From assembly GCF_001194135.2 (NCBI RefSeq), contig NC_068982.1:166820706-166884705 (forward strand): a DNA stretch of 64,000 nucleotides, read 5' to 3'. The position numbers and the translations under genes were made by a program. This document shows, in pieces, positions 26,892 to 39,791 of this stretch. Source of the stretch: Octopus bimaculoides (taxonomy: Eukaryota). Numbering within the stretch: position 1 is the stretch's first letter; every line of letters starts with the position of its first letter. The notes beneath the pieces are model-generated. The model saw nothing but the letters and a program-made list of their open reading frames with translations. It searched no databases and had not been told where the DNA came from.

Positions 26892-27274
26892 GGAGGTGCA
26901 ATGGCCCAGTGGTTAGGGCAGCGGACTCGCGGTCGTAGGATCGCGGTTTCGATTCCCAGACCGGGAATTGTGAGTGTTTATTGAGTGAAAACACCTAAAG
27001 TTCCACGAGGCTCCAGCAGGGGATGGTGGCGAACCCTGCTGTACTCTTTCACCACAACTTTCTCTCACTCTTTCTTCCTATTTCTGTTGTACCTGTATTT
27101 CAAAGGGTCAGCCTTGTCACACTCTGTGTCACGCTGAATCTCCCCGAGAACTACGTTGAGGGTATACGTGTCTGTGGAGTGCTCAGCCACTTGCACGTTA
27201 ATTTCATGAGCAGGCTGTTCCGTTGATCGGATCAACAGGAACCCTCGTCGTCGTAACCGACGGAGTACCAACCC
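26892..27274 (+). mobile_element. Full-length tRNA-derived SINE, head/body B + tail 1, 11-bp TSD
   Basis: A box TGGCCCAGTGGTTAG, B box GGTTTCGATTCCC; TAACTGCTCCT at 26881-26891 and 27275-27285. Confidence 0.95.
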
Positions 27275-27906
27275 TAACTGCTCCTAAATGTATTCTCATT
27301 ACGGTTTTTATATAAAATAGCTTAGATTTTTGCCAAGTATTTCCACCAGACTTAATTGGAAAAGCTATACATGGCCATGGTCAGAGGGTTCTTTACAAAA
27401 TTGTGTGTGTCGGCCGACAAGGAAGGAGCTGAAGTAGTGTGGTGTGCTAATCTCTACATGAAAAAAAAAAAAAAACGTTCCAATATCTTGTAACCATACA
27501 TTCTATCACTCCTACCCTTCGTCCCACACCTTCCTACCAACAGCGTGTACCCTCTACTAACCAAGAACTCATTTCTCCCTCCGCCTCCCCCTATCGTCAC
27601 CGACCTTATTGTCCAAACACTCCTACCTCTACCATCTATTTCCTCGCCAAGATTCTTAAACCCAATAACNNNNNNNNNNNNNNNNNNNNNNNNNNNNNNN
27701 NNNNNNNNNNNNNNNNNNNNNNNNNNNNNNNNNNNNNNNNNNNNNNNNNNNNNNNNNNNNNNNNNNNNNNNNNNNNNNNNNNNNNNNNNNNNNNNNNNNN
27801 NNNNNNNNNNNNNNNNNNNNNNNNNNNNNNNNNNNNNNNNNNNNNNNNNNNNNNNNNNNNNNNNNNNNNNNNNNNNNNNNNNNNNNNNNNNNNNNNNNNN
27901 NNNNNN

Positions 27907-28210
27907 CAAAGCCTTGTGAGTGGATTTAGTAGACGGAAACTGAAAGAAGCCCGTCGTATATATGTATATATATATGTGTGTGTGTGTGTGTGTTTGTGTG
28001 TCTGTGTTTGTCCCCCTAGTATTGCTTGACAACCGATGCTGGTGTATTTATGTCCCCGTAACTTAGCGGTTCGGCAAAAGAGACCGATAGAATAAGTACT
28101 AGGCTTACAAAGAATAAGTCCCGGGGTCGATTTGTTCGACTTAAGGTGGTGCTCCAGCATGGCCGCAGTCAAATGACTGAAACAAGTAAAAGAGTAAAAG
28201 AGTAAAAAGA
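27907..28210 (+). mobile_element. SINE family A (5' end in gap)
   Basis: CAAAGCCTTGTGAGTGG...internal (TA)(TG)...GGTGCTCCAGCATGGCCGCAGTC...(GAGTAAAA)n tail. Confidence 0.92.
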
Positions 28211-28479
28211 GTATGTATCAGACGGAAATAGGTACTGGAGTAGAGGCCGACTAAAATCTTGCTGACTGAAACCAGTAAAAGAGTAAAATTAAAGTATATG
28301 ATCACTAAATTGGTTCAACGAAGGGTTGGTGAGTTTTAAATGGGCGTTATTATGAGAAGAAAAACAAAAACAAAAAAAAAGCGAATCCAAAATTCCAGAA
28401 AGGTAGAGAAGATTCTTATTTTCTGTTATGAAATTTAATGATTTGTCACACTGTACAGAGAGCTTAGTGGATTACATCA

Positions 28480-28680
28480 AGCCCAGCAACTGACTTTTTT
28501 TTTATCGATGAAAGGCCAAATTGACCTCGGCAAGATTTGAACTCAGAACAAAGAACCATCGCTTGAAATATAATGGCGGGTAGAAGGGCTTAGACAATTC
28601 AATCGAGCCCAGTATTTGACGAGTACTTTATTTTATCGACCTCAAAGGGATGAAAGGTGAACGTGGCCTCGGTGGAACGT
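28480..28680 (-). mobile_element. Two SINE family C fragments
   Basis: GATGAAAGGCCAAATTGACCTCGGCAAGATTTGAACTCAGAAC and TTTATCGACCTCAAAGGGATGAAAGG. Confidence 0.75.
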
Positions 28681-28780
28681 GTCCACAGTTTTGCTTTTCC
28701 ATGATCATGTACGGATAGAAAATTGTGCTAATTATAATATATACTATTTAGAATATATCCTCAGACATGAACGGGGAGTG

Positions 28781-29430
28781 AATTTTTTTCCCACGAGAGT
28801 TCCAGACTCCAGTAATGAACTCATTTGCATACAACCAATCACAGTAGAGTCACCTTTATCCTTTCTTCCTTTCTAGTCAGCACCGTGCATTCCTTACTCT
28901 TTCCCTCTCTACTGGCAGACAGCAACTTCTCCGTCCTCTAACTATCTGTCAGGCAAACGAATAAATATATGTAAATAATATTTCTTCCTTCTTAGTGTTG
29001 ATCCTTCGATGTTCACTGGTTATTCCGACATTGGCACAATAATACACTTGCCCAAACTGAATTGCTGGAGTTATTTCATTTTTTCCAGAAAAATGTTTTT
29101 AAAAAGTTATAGAGGTTTAAAGTTTGATCATTTTCACCCAGTCAGGAAATAGAATTATAGAAGTGTATTATTGTGCCAACGTCGGAGTAACCAGTGAACA
29201 TCGAAGGATCAACACCAAGAAGGAAGAAATATTATTTACATATATTTATTCATTTGCCTGGCAGGCAGTTAGAGGACGGAGAAGTTGCTGTCTGCCAGTA
29301 ATGTGGAAAAGATCAAGGGATGCACGGTGCTGACTAGCAAGGAAGAAAAGATGAAAGTGGCTCTGCTGTGATTGGCTGTATGCAAATAAGTTCATTACTG
29401 GGATCCGGAACTCTCGTGGGGAAAAAAATT
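28781..29430. mobile_element. Fold-back element: ~270-bp inverted arms, 112-bp spacer
   Basis: 28781-29048 is the reverse complement of 29161-29430; 7 mismatches in the inner 138 bp by manual count, more in the outer part. Confidence 0.93.
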
Positions 29431-29542
29431 TCTCGAACGGAGATATAAAATCATAAACTGTGACTAAGTGATATAAGTACATAACAAAGACAGTATGTGA
29501 TTAATTGGCTATAATATTCTAGAATAGATATGGCATGCTGGC

Positions 29543-29900
29543 AAGAAAATTGAAGAGAACCACCCAGTTATCATAATCGTCGACTGAAAGAATAATCTTT
29601 GCACGTTGATAGACGTCACGATCCCTTCCAACCAAATTCTCACCCGGAAGGAAGTCCAAAAGCTATCAATGTATAAACATTGAAACGAAAATAAGCAGGA
29701 TGTCGAGTATGAGAATATAAACAGTGCTAGCAATAGTTAGCTCTCCGGGTAAAGTATGAACTTGAACACTATACAGTCTAAAGTAAAGCCCTACCACGTA
29801 CAGCATACATTCAACTCAAGACCACTAAAATTAAGTAAAGCTATTCACACAACACATACTCTGTATATTCGCTCACAACACTAGGTAAGAAAATTTTCTA
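29543..29900 (+). mobile_element. R4/Dong-type non-LTR retrotransposon, restriction-like endonuclease remnant
   Basis: KKIEENHPVIIIVD*KNNLCTLIDVTIPSNQILTRKEVQKLSMYKH, frameshift, ETKISRM...TVLAIVSS; matches the RLE consensus NRPDI...C.LIDV.IP.D......E..K..KY..L..EI.RMW. Confidence 0.75.
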
Positions 29901-30424
29901 TAAATTCTCTCTACAGAGGCGTCTAACAATCATACAAAACAACACAATGAGGTTACATGGACAGGAGCGAGATGTGTTTCGTTTCGCCTGGTTTTGAAGT
30001 ATATTACGTTTTTAAGACTCTGCGTCTTTAAAGGGGCCTTCTCCAGACAAAAAACCACAGCCTAAAAGCGCTTAACAACACACATACATTAAGTGACATT
30101 GAAAAAAAATATATAAGATTAAAAGTTAAAAAGTAGGGGATTTTAGCTGCGTAAGGCAAATCAGAGCAGTAAGATTGATTCATCTCTTCCTTTGGGTACT
30201 TCCGCAGTTGTGGTATCTACGTTAATGTTGGTGGAATGAGCGACTATAGTAAGAGAAGGTGGTTCGCTCACATGTTGATCCAATTAATTGTCTGCTGAGT
30301 ATCTTTTATTTTCTTTTACATTGTAGTTGTTTTGCTTCTTTCTTCTTGAATTTTGTTCTTTTTTCTTATTTTCTCTTCAGCTTTTCTTTTAAACTAGGGA
30401 TGGTCTCATACAATGCAGATCTCA

Positions 30425-31070
30425 CTACCACCGCCACCGCAGCTACCAAGAACTACAACAACAATAACAATAACAATTGAAATAAAATAGGCCAACACCA
30501 ACTACCCCCATAACTCCACCCACCCCCATTTCCCTTCAGCCCCACAATCATCAGCCACCCACTTCTCACATTCAACATGTACCAGCGACACCACCCGCCA
30601 TGGTCGTTTCCGATGAATCCGCTGCCAAATGGCGCAACTACTGTCTCCACCTTCGCCATCACTGTTATCATCATCAGCAACAACAACAATAACAACAACA
30701 ACAACAACCATAACAACAATGCTTGCAGCTTTCCTTTCCAATATCACTGCCGAAAAACCTTTAGCCATCATCATTATCCTCACCAAAGCAACCACCGCCA
30801 CTGACGCCAACACCACCACCAACACCACTACCGCCACCACCACCACCACCATTACCATCAACACAACTACCATCATCACCACCACAACCATCATCGCTAC
30901 CACCACCACCATCATCACCAACACCACCACCATCATCCCAAACACCACCACTAACACTACCACCACCATCACAGCTTCTACCCCTCGTCATCAGCCCACT
31001 TACAACACCTTATCACACAACTGTAAATAGCGTCACGAATATCACAATTGTTACGACCACCAACAACACT
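30425..31070. repeat. Degenerate (ACC)n/(CAA)n trinucleotide low-complexity tract
   Basis: Source of the poly-Thr, poly-Val, poly-Asn and poly-Gly ORFs in several frames. Confidence 0.9.
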
Positions 31071-31347
31071 GACAATGTTCTCTCGCACATTTTTTTCTTC
31101 CTCCATCTGAAGACACACACACACACACACACACGCACACACACACACACGCATGTATGCTTACCATTACACACTCAACATATCTCACAGTTCTTGGGTT
31201 AATATTTCAGGCCATCCATGGAAAGTCCGAAAGTTTTCTGCTGATTCCTTATATATTGTATCCACTCAACAAAAGTTGCAATAAGCCTTCCGACCTTCAA
31301 TAAGGCTCAGAATGTCATTGATGTTGTTGTTGTTGTTTTTGATGCTG

Positions 31348-31753
31348 CGGCACTTTTTGGTTATCTCACCCCCATTAAAAAATCGGGTTATTTTCCCTCA
31401 CTAAAAAATGTTTTAACCCTCAATAAAACAAAAACAAAAAAGTAATGAAAAAATTAATAAACATGAAAAGTGGAAAGATTAAACATCTTATTGAATCTAA
31501 TAATATTTTTATAACAAATTATAGAAAACTGAAAAAATTAATAAACATGAAAACGGAAAAAATTAAACAACAAATCATTCTATGCCTATTGAGGAGGCCA
31601 AAAGTCAACAGTGTGTTGAAGTATTGAATCAAAAGGATCTAACCCTTTTAATCCAAGCTCTTGTCGCTACATAAACACAACTTTTTAGTGAGGATATAAC
31701 CGAATTTTTTAAGAGCAATTTTTTAATGGGGGTGAAATAACCAACGAGTACCG
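31348..31753. mobile_element. Old MITE-like element with ~60-bp imperfect TIRs
   Basis: TTGGTTATCTCACCCCCATTAAAAAA...CCTCACTAAAAA at the left versus TTTTTAGTGAGG...TTTTTTAATGGGGGTGAAATAACCAA at the right; internal ~40-bp direct duplication. Confidence 0.65.
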
Positions 31754-31785
31754 ATGCTCCTATTGTTGTCGTTGTTGTGGTGGGT

Positions 31786-31788
31786 CTT

Positions 31789-31819
<31 letters not shown>

Positions 31820-31865
31820 TTATTATTATTATTATTATTCACGAATTAATTCTTCTTCTTCTTCT

Positions 31866-31912
<47 letters not shown>

Positions 31913-31965
31913 TTCTTCTTCTTCTTCTTCTTCTCCTTCTTCTCCTCCTTCTTCTTCTTCTTCGT
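31786..31965. repeat. (TTC)n/(ATT)n microsatellite
   Basis: Direct reading. Confidence 0.97.
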
Positions 31966-32696
31966 TTTCGCTATTTCGTTATAGCGTCGGCGGTCGGTCG
32001 CTACTTTTATCCGGATGTAAACAAACCTACTCTGACGGATGCCGAAGAGAGTAAGTGACATTCTATTGGATAGGTTTGACAGCAGAGAGAATAGGATACA
32101 GTTAAATAACGCGCCCAGGATCTGGATAGCCGGACACAAAAAGCAAAGCGACAAAATTTTTGTAGGGAGCAAATTGTTGCAGCCATCATCCACCATCCCA
32201 GTATCAAAATATATTAACATTCTGCCTGTCCCATTGAACTTGGGAACTCACCAAAACCTTGGCATGGGAGGCTAGAGAAGTTATTAGCACTTGTCCAAGA
32301 AGATACTTCGAGTTTTCAGAAAGAAAGGGTGATTTAACGTTCTTTTTTGCAGGTTGATCCCAAGGAGTATCCTACGCCGTATCCAAAGGCTTTTCAACTA
32401 TGAGTATCCGTCTTTTATTCAGGTATTCTACATTGAAGAAGATTTTGGGAGCTACTCGAAGCAGGTCGAGTGATCCCATAGCGTCTCTCTCATTAGCTCA
32501 TTGTTAGTTAGATTGTTGCTGATATTATAACCCTAGGTCAGGCCGATTCAGCTATCTGGAGATCACTAACCTGAATAAGGTGGATATTTAATTAGGTATA
32601 CTGTATGTAATCCATATTCTCGAATAATACTGGTGTTACCATTTCGTCTTTTGTCTACAATGATTAAAAGTGAATTCGAATTGCCGAAGAATGTGT

Positions 32697-32920
32697 TATT
32701 TCTTTACTACCCACAAGGGGCTACACACAGAGGGGACAAACAAGGACAGACAAACGGATTAAGTCGATTATACCGACCCAGTGCGTAACTGGTACTTATT
32801 TGATCGACCCCGAAAGGATGAAAGGCAAAGTCGACCTCGGCGGAATTTGAACTCAGAACGTAGCGGCAGACGAAATACCGCTAAGCATTTCGCCCGGCGT
32901 GCTAACGTTTCTGCCAGTTC
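32697..32920 (-). mobile_element. Full-length young SINE family C with TSD
   Basis: GCCGAAGAATGTGT at 32683-32696 and 32921-32934 (first 3 nt overlap the SINE 5' GGC); B box GAGTTCAAATTCC. Confidence 0.96.
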
Positions 32921-33482
32921 GCCGAAGAATGTGTGAAAACGTTACACCAAAGAACTGTTACTAACACTGGGGCGACGGCTGTGCCTTTTGTTTACAATTG
33001 TCAAAAGTACCATGTGACTTTCGGGTCACTAGGTTGATCTCAGTCGATCTCTTTAATAAATGCTAAAAAGTAATTTTAATATATGAAAATGACTGACATG
33101 CAGTAGGATTTAAAGGAATGTTACCTGTTTATAAGTTATTGAGTTTGTTACCGTCTGCAGTGAAATTGAATACTGATAGCAGTCGAATAGAAAAGCAACT
33201 GAATGGTGTCTCAAAGTACAAAATTTTATCAAATGAATGAAATAATTTCTGTAGATATACTTTTTAACGGGTCCCACCACCAAGGAGTCTTACTCTTGAC
33301 TTTTGTCTGAGCTTTTAAAACGTTGGAATGAAGTCACGTGTCACTTCCAATTCCCAAAATAAATTTGTATTCTACAAACATCTCTTTCCAAGAATAAGTG
33401 GTTTGTAGCACACCCATATTACTCATCTGTGTGTGTATACATTTAAACACACACACACATACACCATACATATGCGGTATGG

Positions 33483-33542
<60 letters not shown>

Positions 33543-34714
33543 NNNNNNNNNNNNNNNNNNNNNNNNNNNNNNNNNNNNNNNNNNNNNNNNNNNNNNNNNN
33601 NNNNNNNNNNNNNNNNNNNNNNNNNNNNNNNNNNNNNNNNNNNNNNNNNNNNNNNNNNNNNNNNNNNNNNNNNNNNNNNNNNNNNNNNNNNNNNNNNNNN
33701 NNNNNNNTATATATATATATATATATATTTATATAAACTATAAATATATATATATATATAAATTCATTGCTACATCTTCCTTCCTTTAAAATTAAACTAA
33801 AAAAGAACAAAAAACTATTGTCAACCGGAAGTCAGCACATTCTTCTTATAACGTTTCTTGAGTGGTTGGAAACGTCATTAAGTTTGCTGATATTTGTATT
33901 GTTATAAGGCTTCATTGGGATGGGTGATGTGCCGGGTTTATTTTTCAAACCGTAAAAGAAGTTTCTTGTGCTCTTATTTCTTCATGGTACTTCATGGAAC
34001 ACGCTGGAACTTTTCCTTAAAGAGTTTAGTCAGACAAATCTCCCCCAGTACATTTTTTTTTTTAGTCTGGCACTTATTTTATTGGTCTCTTTTGCCCAAC
34101 ACATTTTGTTAAATGGTGGGAAGAATGACGAACGCAAACGCACGCATGCGCACACACACACACACACACACAGTTTTCTTCTATATATATATATAAAGTA
34201 TGGGGATTTAGTTCACAGGTGATCTAGACGATTAGGTACGCTAAGTAAGTGCTGTAACGGATTACGGGGCTTTCTATTTACTTTCTATTTCGCTTCTTTA
34301 CTTTAACGAATTAATAGCCATCTCCGCTACCATTTTGTTATTGAACGTTGATATGTTGGCGTCTTTTTCTTGGAATGTCTACTATATCAGGACTTTAACC
34401 CAAATGGATATACGCAGGATTGCACCTAAAAACTCATGCTTTGGTTTCTATAACTTCAGAAAGTTGAACTATGAACTTTTATGCTTCTTTTTCTTCTCTC
34501 TTTCCATCTCCTTATTCTTTTACTCCCTTCCTCTATGTTGTCATCTTATTAATATATACCATTCTCATTTTCCATATTTTTTTTTACCCCAATTTGTCTC
34601 TGATGACGGAATATCCCATACTCGAGGATATCCCAGAAACAGCTGTAAGATTTTGAATTTCTTCTTGTAATAATATTGTATATGACTTGAGATGTTTGTT
34701 AAACATCCTGAACC

Positions 34715-35616
<902 letters not shown>

Positions 35617-36282
35617 ATTTATTCAATTTGCTAAAAGTAGCCGTCAAATTACATCCGATCGTCTCATAAAAAGAAGAACACAGTAGATGATGTAGTTATA
35701 GTTACATTATGTCTAAATAAAAGGCAGAATGATTATGGCTGGACGCTCTTTGAACATATAAATGTGCTCGATCAGTCAACTTGAATTAAACAACAACAGC
35801 AACAAAAACCTCAACAGTAGTAGATGCTACGTAACGCAACGAGTGAGAAGTTACTTCTATTCCTCTATTGTCCTAGAGCTGCAAGACTTTGAGAGTATAT
35901 TACTGATCATGTGTCCTAGATGGAACGAATTAACTGTCTCAATATTTGGAATGGAGTCAGTAGAAATAGTAAACCATGAAATAAATACATTGCAGTATTA
36001 TAAGTTCTGAGTTTAGATCCCACTAACGTTAACTTTATATTTCATTGCCCTGGATTCCTTGATTCGATCTGAAGATCGGCGGTGGAGCGACGATATATGA
36101 TTCTCCCTAATTTAGTGTCAGAAAAATCCCAGGATCTTTTCCGTTTGGTTGCCAGCGGCTGCCAGCGTAAATTTTCTTTCCAAATTGATTTCATATTCAG
36201 TGTTATGATACACTTTTATAGGCTAATTATCAATAAATAAAGAGTTATTAGTAATTAAGGTTGAAAATTTTGGTAATTTTAG

Positions 36283-36464
36283 CCAATCGTAAGCCACAGA
36301 CACATTCATGTCTGTTTCGATAGTAACAAGAACGCTTTTTTCCTGTTGCCATAGTAACAGTCTTTGAAAAGTCTGCGGGGAAGCACGTGTTGACAGCAGT
36401 CAACCGAGGAAGGGTCCTACTTGAGCAATGGATTTTCGGAGGTGTGTCGCGAGACCAGGTAGGT
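36283..36464 (+). promoter_or_regulatory. Candidate RFX-type promoter and first exon
   Basis: CCAAT 36283; X-box-like GTTTCGATAGTAAC 36314-36327 and GTTGCCATAGTAAC 36345-36358; CACGTG 36384; GTTGAC-N4-GTCAAC 36389-36404; donor CAG|GTAGGT at 36458/36459. Confidence 0.45.
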
Positions 36465-36594
36465 TTTTCTGTATGCATATTTAAATTGTAATTAAACATA
36501 TTTAAATTGTTTGTTTAATGTTTGTTTCTTTTTGTCATTGAGCATTGAGATGGTTGTGGGGTGTACTAAAACTAACAGCTAAAGAAGATTTTTT

Positions 36595-37255
36595 GGATCT
36601 ATTTCAAAACGGGGGCACCAGTTTTCATTTATGTTTTATGTAGTGTTTTTGGTACCGAAAGACTTTCAAACTTCGTATACTTATCTATTTTGTGTTATAG
36701 AACAGAAAAAAAATTTTGTATTCGAATTTATTTCATGTAAAAAATTGTCTTATTTCGATAATTTCTACTAATCACTGACGTCTATTCAGTTGAAAACAGT
36801 TAGCGCTGTAACGGTGTATATCGTATTAATCCCCTAACCCTAACCCTAACTAGACTGTTAACCCTAACCCTAACCCTAACCCTAAAACTAACCCTAACTC
36901 TAGAATCCGAACTCTAAAATTGTTACACACATAGATACGCACAGCGTAATTTATTATATAAACAATATATGCGTATAAATTACGATTAAACCGGATGAAA
37001 TATATCACAGGGAATAACATTTTTATGACCGCCCAGCAGTAACTCTATTCAGCTGAATAGACGTCAGTGATTGGTTGAAATTACAGAAATACGACAACTT
37101 TAACATGGAATAACTTGCGATGTACGTTTTTTTGTTAAGAAGACTAAGAGTAAAAGATGTTTTATATGACACATTCTACTAGTGTCCCAAGTTTCAAAGT
37201 GTTTCGTTAGTGTTTCGTTAAGAAAATACTGGTGCCCCCGTTTTGAAATAGATCC
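36595..37255. mobile_element. MITE with GG...CC termini, 8-bp TSD and telomere-repeat core (Merlin-like; copy 1)
   Basis: TIR GGATCTATTTCAAAACGGGGGCACCAGT; TSD GATTTTTT at 36587-36594 and 37256-37263; (CCCTAA)n at 36832-36900. Confidence 0.93.
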
Positions 37256-38202
37256 GATTTTTTGGATAAATCTTTTAAATTAAAGTTTATTTGCCAACAT
37301 CTCGTTCAGAAATTTAAAACTATTCTTCTCTTTTAAATTAACATAAATATTTATTTACACGAAAGAAAATTACCGGAGAACTTCCCTGTTAAAAATAACA
37401 GCTAAATAAAATTTATTTACATGAAAAAAAATTGCCGGAGACATAAAACGTGTTGTTTACAAGTATTGATAACACGTGCTATTTTCAGGATGTTGACGAC
37501 AAAATGATGGCTTCCAAATCCTGTTTCCTGAGAGGGTGAAAATGATTAAACTTTAAACCTCTGTTAGCAATATAAACAGGAGTGCACTTTGCACCAAAAG
37601 CTAATATGAGAAGTTCTCTCGTGGTAACTCCCGCAGTATAGTTTGTTCCGATAGAACATCCATGTTTGAGCGGGGATAAATAATTATCGTCCTTCTTGTT
37701 TTGTACTCACCAAAACAATCGTCATTACTAACACCACAACGACTACCTTCAACAGTCCTACCCACTTCATCATCATTAGCAGCAACGGCAACAACAGTAG
37801 TAGTAGCAGCATCGGCAGTAGCAGCGGTAGTAGAACCAACAGTGGGGCATTCTCTTAAAGGACGTCCTCTTAAAAGTTCGAAAGTCTGTGCTCAGTCAAG
37901 AGAAGCATGTAAGGCAGTGAATAAAAGTATATGTATTGAAGCTCCTCAACCATTGACGTATTTCTCGGTGAGAGCTCTGTAGGGCGTTGTTTTAACACGT
38001 TCCAGTATCGTCATGCTTGGATGATCTGTAAATATAGGGTGAGAAAGCGTTTTGGAATGAGGTAACGAGGTAAAGAATGAAAGAGGTGGACAAGAATGAA
38101 AGAAATTGAGGGAAGAGATGGAGCAGGTAGAGGGAGAGACGCAGTGTATTACATACATGCATGCATGTATACATACATACATACATACACACACACACAC
38201 TC

Positions 38203-38233
<31 letters not shown>

Positions 38234-38970
38234 TAAGTAAAAAGTGAGGATAAAAGAAAGACAGAAGGGGAAAGGTGAGAGCTTAGTGTGTTGAACTATT
38301 TCAGGGAATCTGATATTGGTGTCTGAAACCGGCACTGAACTACAACTTTGTAGATGAAACTTATTTATAACCGATTGATTAGAGGGCAGTTCATGAATAA
38401 CACTTATTTCATAAATCCCGACGGGAAGGGAAAACACTTGTAGTGATCTGTAAAATTTAATTTCAGAATGTTGAGAGGACGAAACTAAATACTATAATGA
38501 AATTGTTTACGTTGATACTTTGCCATTTCTGTCATACCAGTGATTTTAGAATTTAATATCTATTTATTTTTTACATTGGCACTATATCGCACATTATATG
38601 GATTTCAGTTGTTAATTGGTAATTACATTATATTGGCAGCAGATGAATGAAGATGAAGTCAATCGTGGTCAGATTTGAATATTAGAAGAGAAATGTAAGG
38701 AGCTTATTGACTTCGACAACTGTTAATTACGAAAAATAAAATTTAGATCGCGACATTCTACCGATTCTAGAAATCCATCCTATACCTTATTAAATTTAAT
38801 ATATGAAAAAGTTTCGACATCTTCAATAGTTTTGATATAAAGGTACTTCTTTTATTGACTGATGTCGAATTCGAACACAAAACGCAAAGGTAAAGAAATG
38901 CTGCAAAGCATTTTGTTTGATGCTCTACTGATGGTGCCATCTTCTATCCTAATACTGATTTAGTTTTAGC

Positions 38971-39285
38971 TTAGTTTGACCGTCCTTCCGGACGCTTCAA
39001 TGATTTCACTCGAGCACGCCATCCATCACTGTCCTCCATGCTTATTCTGAACTCGTCAACAATTGCCATTCCGCTGTCCTGAAGCAAGTTGTCCACATAG
39101 GTAAGACCTTTTTCTTCCCCTATTAATCTTTCTTCAACTGACTGACATAAGACCAGTTGACACACAGGTCCTCGTGTGTGCGTGATACAATAGCCAGCAA
39201 TTCTCATTCTTCTCTGCTGAATCTTTTCATAACTCGAAGAGTCAAAATATGACATCTTAATTTTATAGAAAGAGCGGTTGAGCAC
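38971..39285 (-). mobile_element. LINE ORF2 C-terminal fragment (RTE-like)
   Basis: IQQRRMRIAGYCITH...LVL...TYVDNLLQDSGM..VDEFRISMEDSDGWRARV matches the RRLRxAGH...TYxDxLxxDTG...MxDRxxW end of RTE-like ORF2. Confidence 0.8.
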
Positions 39286-39791
39286 CTGATTCGGAAAGGG
39301 TGTTTTTTATTAAGTTTTTTTTTTCCTATGTATACATATATGTGTGCATACTTACATAAATTTACACATGTGATGTTCATACGTTATCGATGAACGTCAT
39401 ACTTAGATAATAAAATTTGAAGAATAAAAGACTGCACAAAGAATGAAGAGAAGACCCTTCCTCCTTTTATAATCTGTTTTCTTCAGAGCCTTGCCAGCGA
39501 ACAGGTGGCAAGTCAAAATATACGCTAAAACTTCAACAACGTAGAGAATATGAACATGCATGCATACATACATACGTACATACATACATACATACATACA
39601 TACATACATACATACATACATACATACATACATACATAATTAGTAAACATGAGAATAATGCCAACATTGAACGGAAACATAATCCCTCTAGTTTTGAAGA
39701 TTACATTTTTGCAACCCAATAACAAACATGACAACAAAACACCTGTTTAAAAAGGAACTCCCTAAGCCGGAAAAGCATGTTAAATATAATA

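Noticed and set aside
26892-26975. tRNA gene at SINE heads (also 11829, 39792)
   Set aside because: A and B boxes are present but continue into SINE bodies and tails shared by dispersed copies; no complete cloverleaf evident.
28912-29298. 387-bp MITE with TA target duplication
   Set aside because: Inverted similarity continues ~130 bp beyond the TA on both sides, so the TA is internal to a larger fold-back.
30453-31030. Mucin-like poly-Thr ORF (30629-31030) and opposite poly-Val ORF
   Set aside because: Degenerate ACC/CAA repeat open in several frames on both strands; no signal peptide or convincing splice signals.
31777-32220. Poly-Leu and poly-Lys ORFs
   Set aside because: (TTC)n microsatellite artefact.
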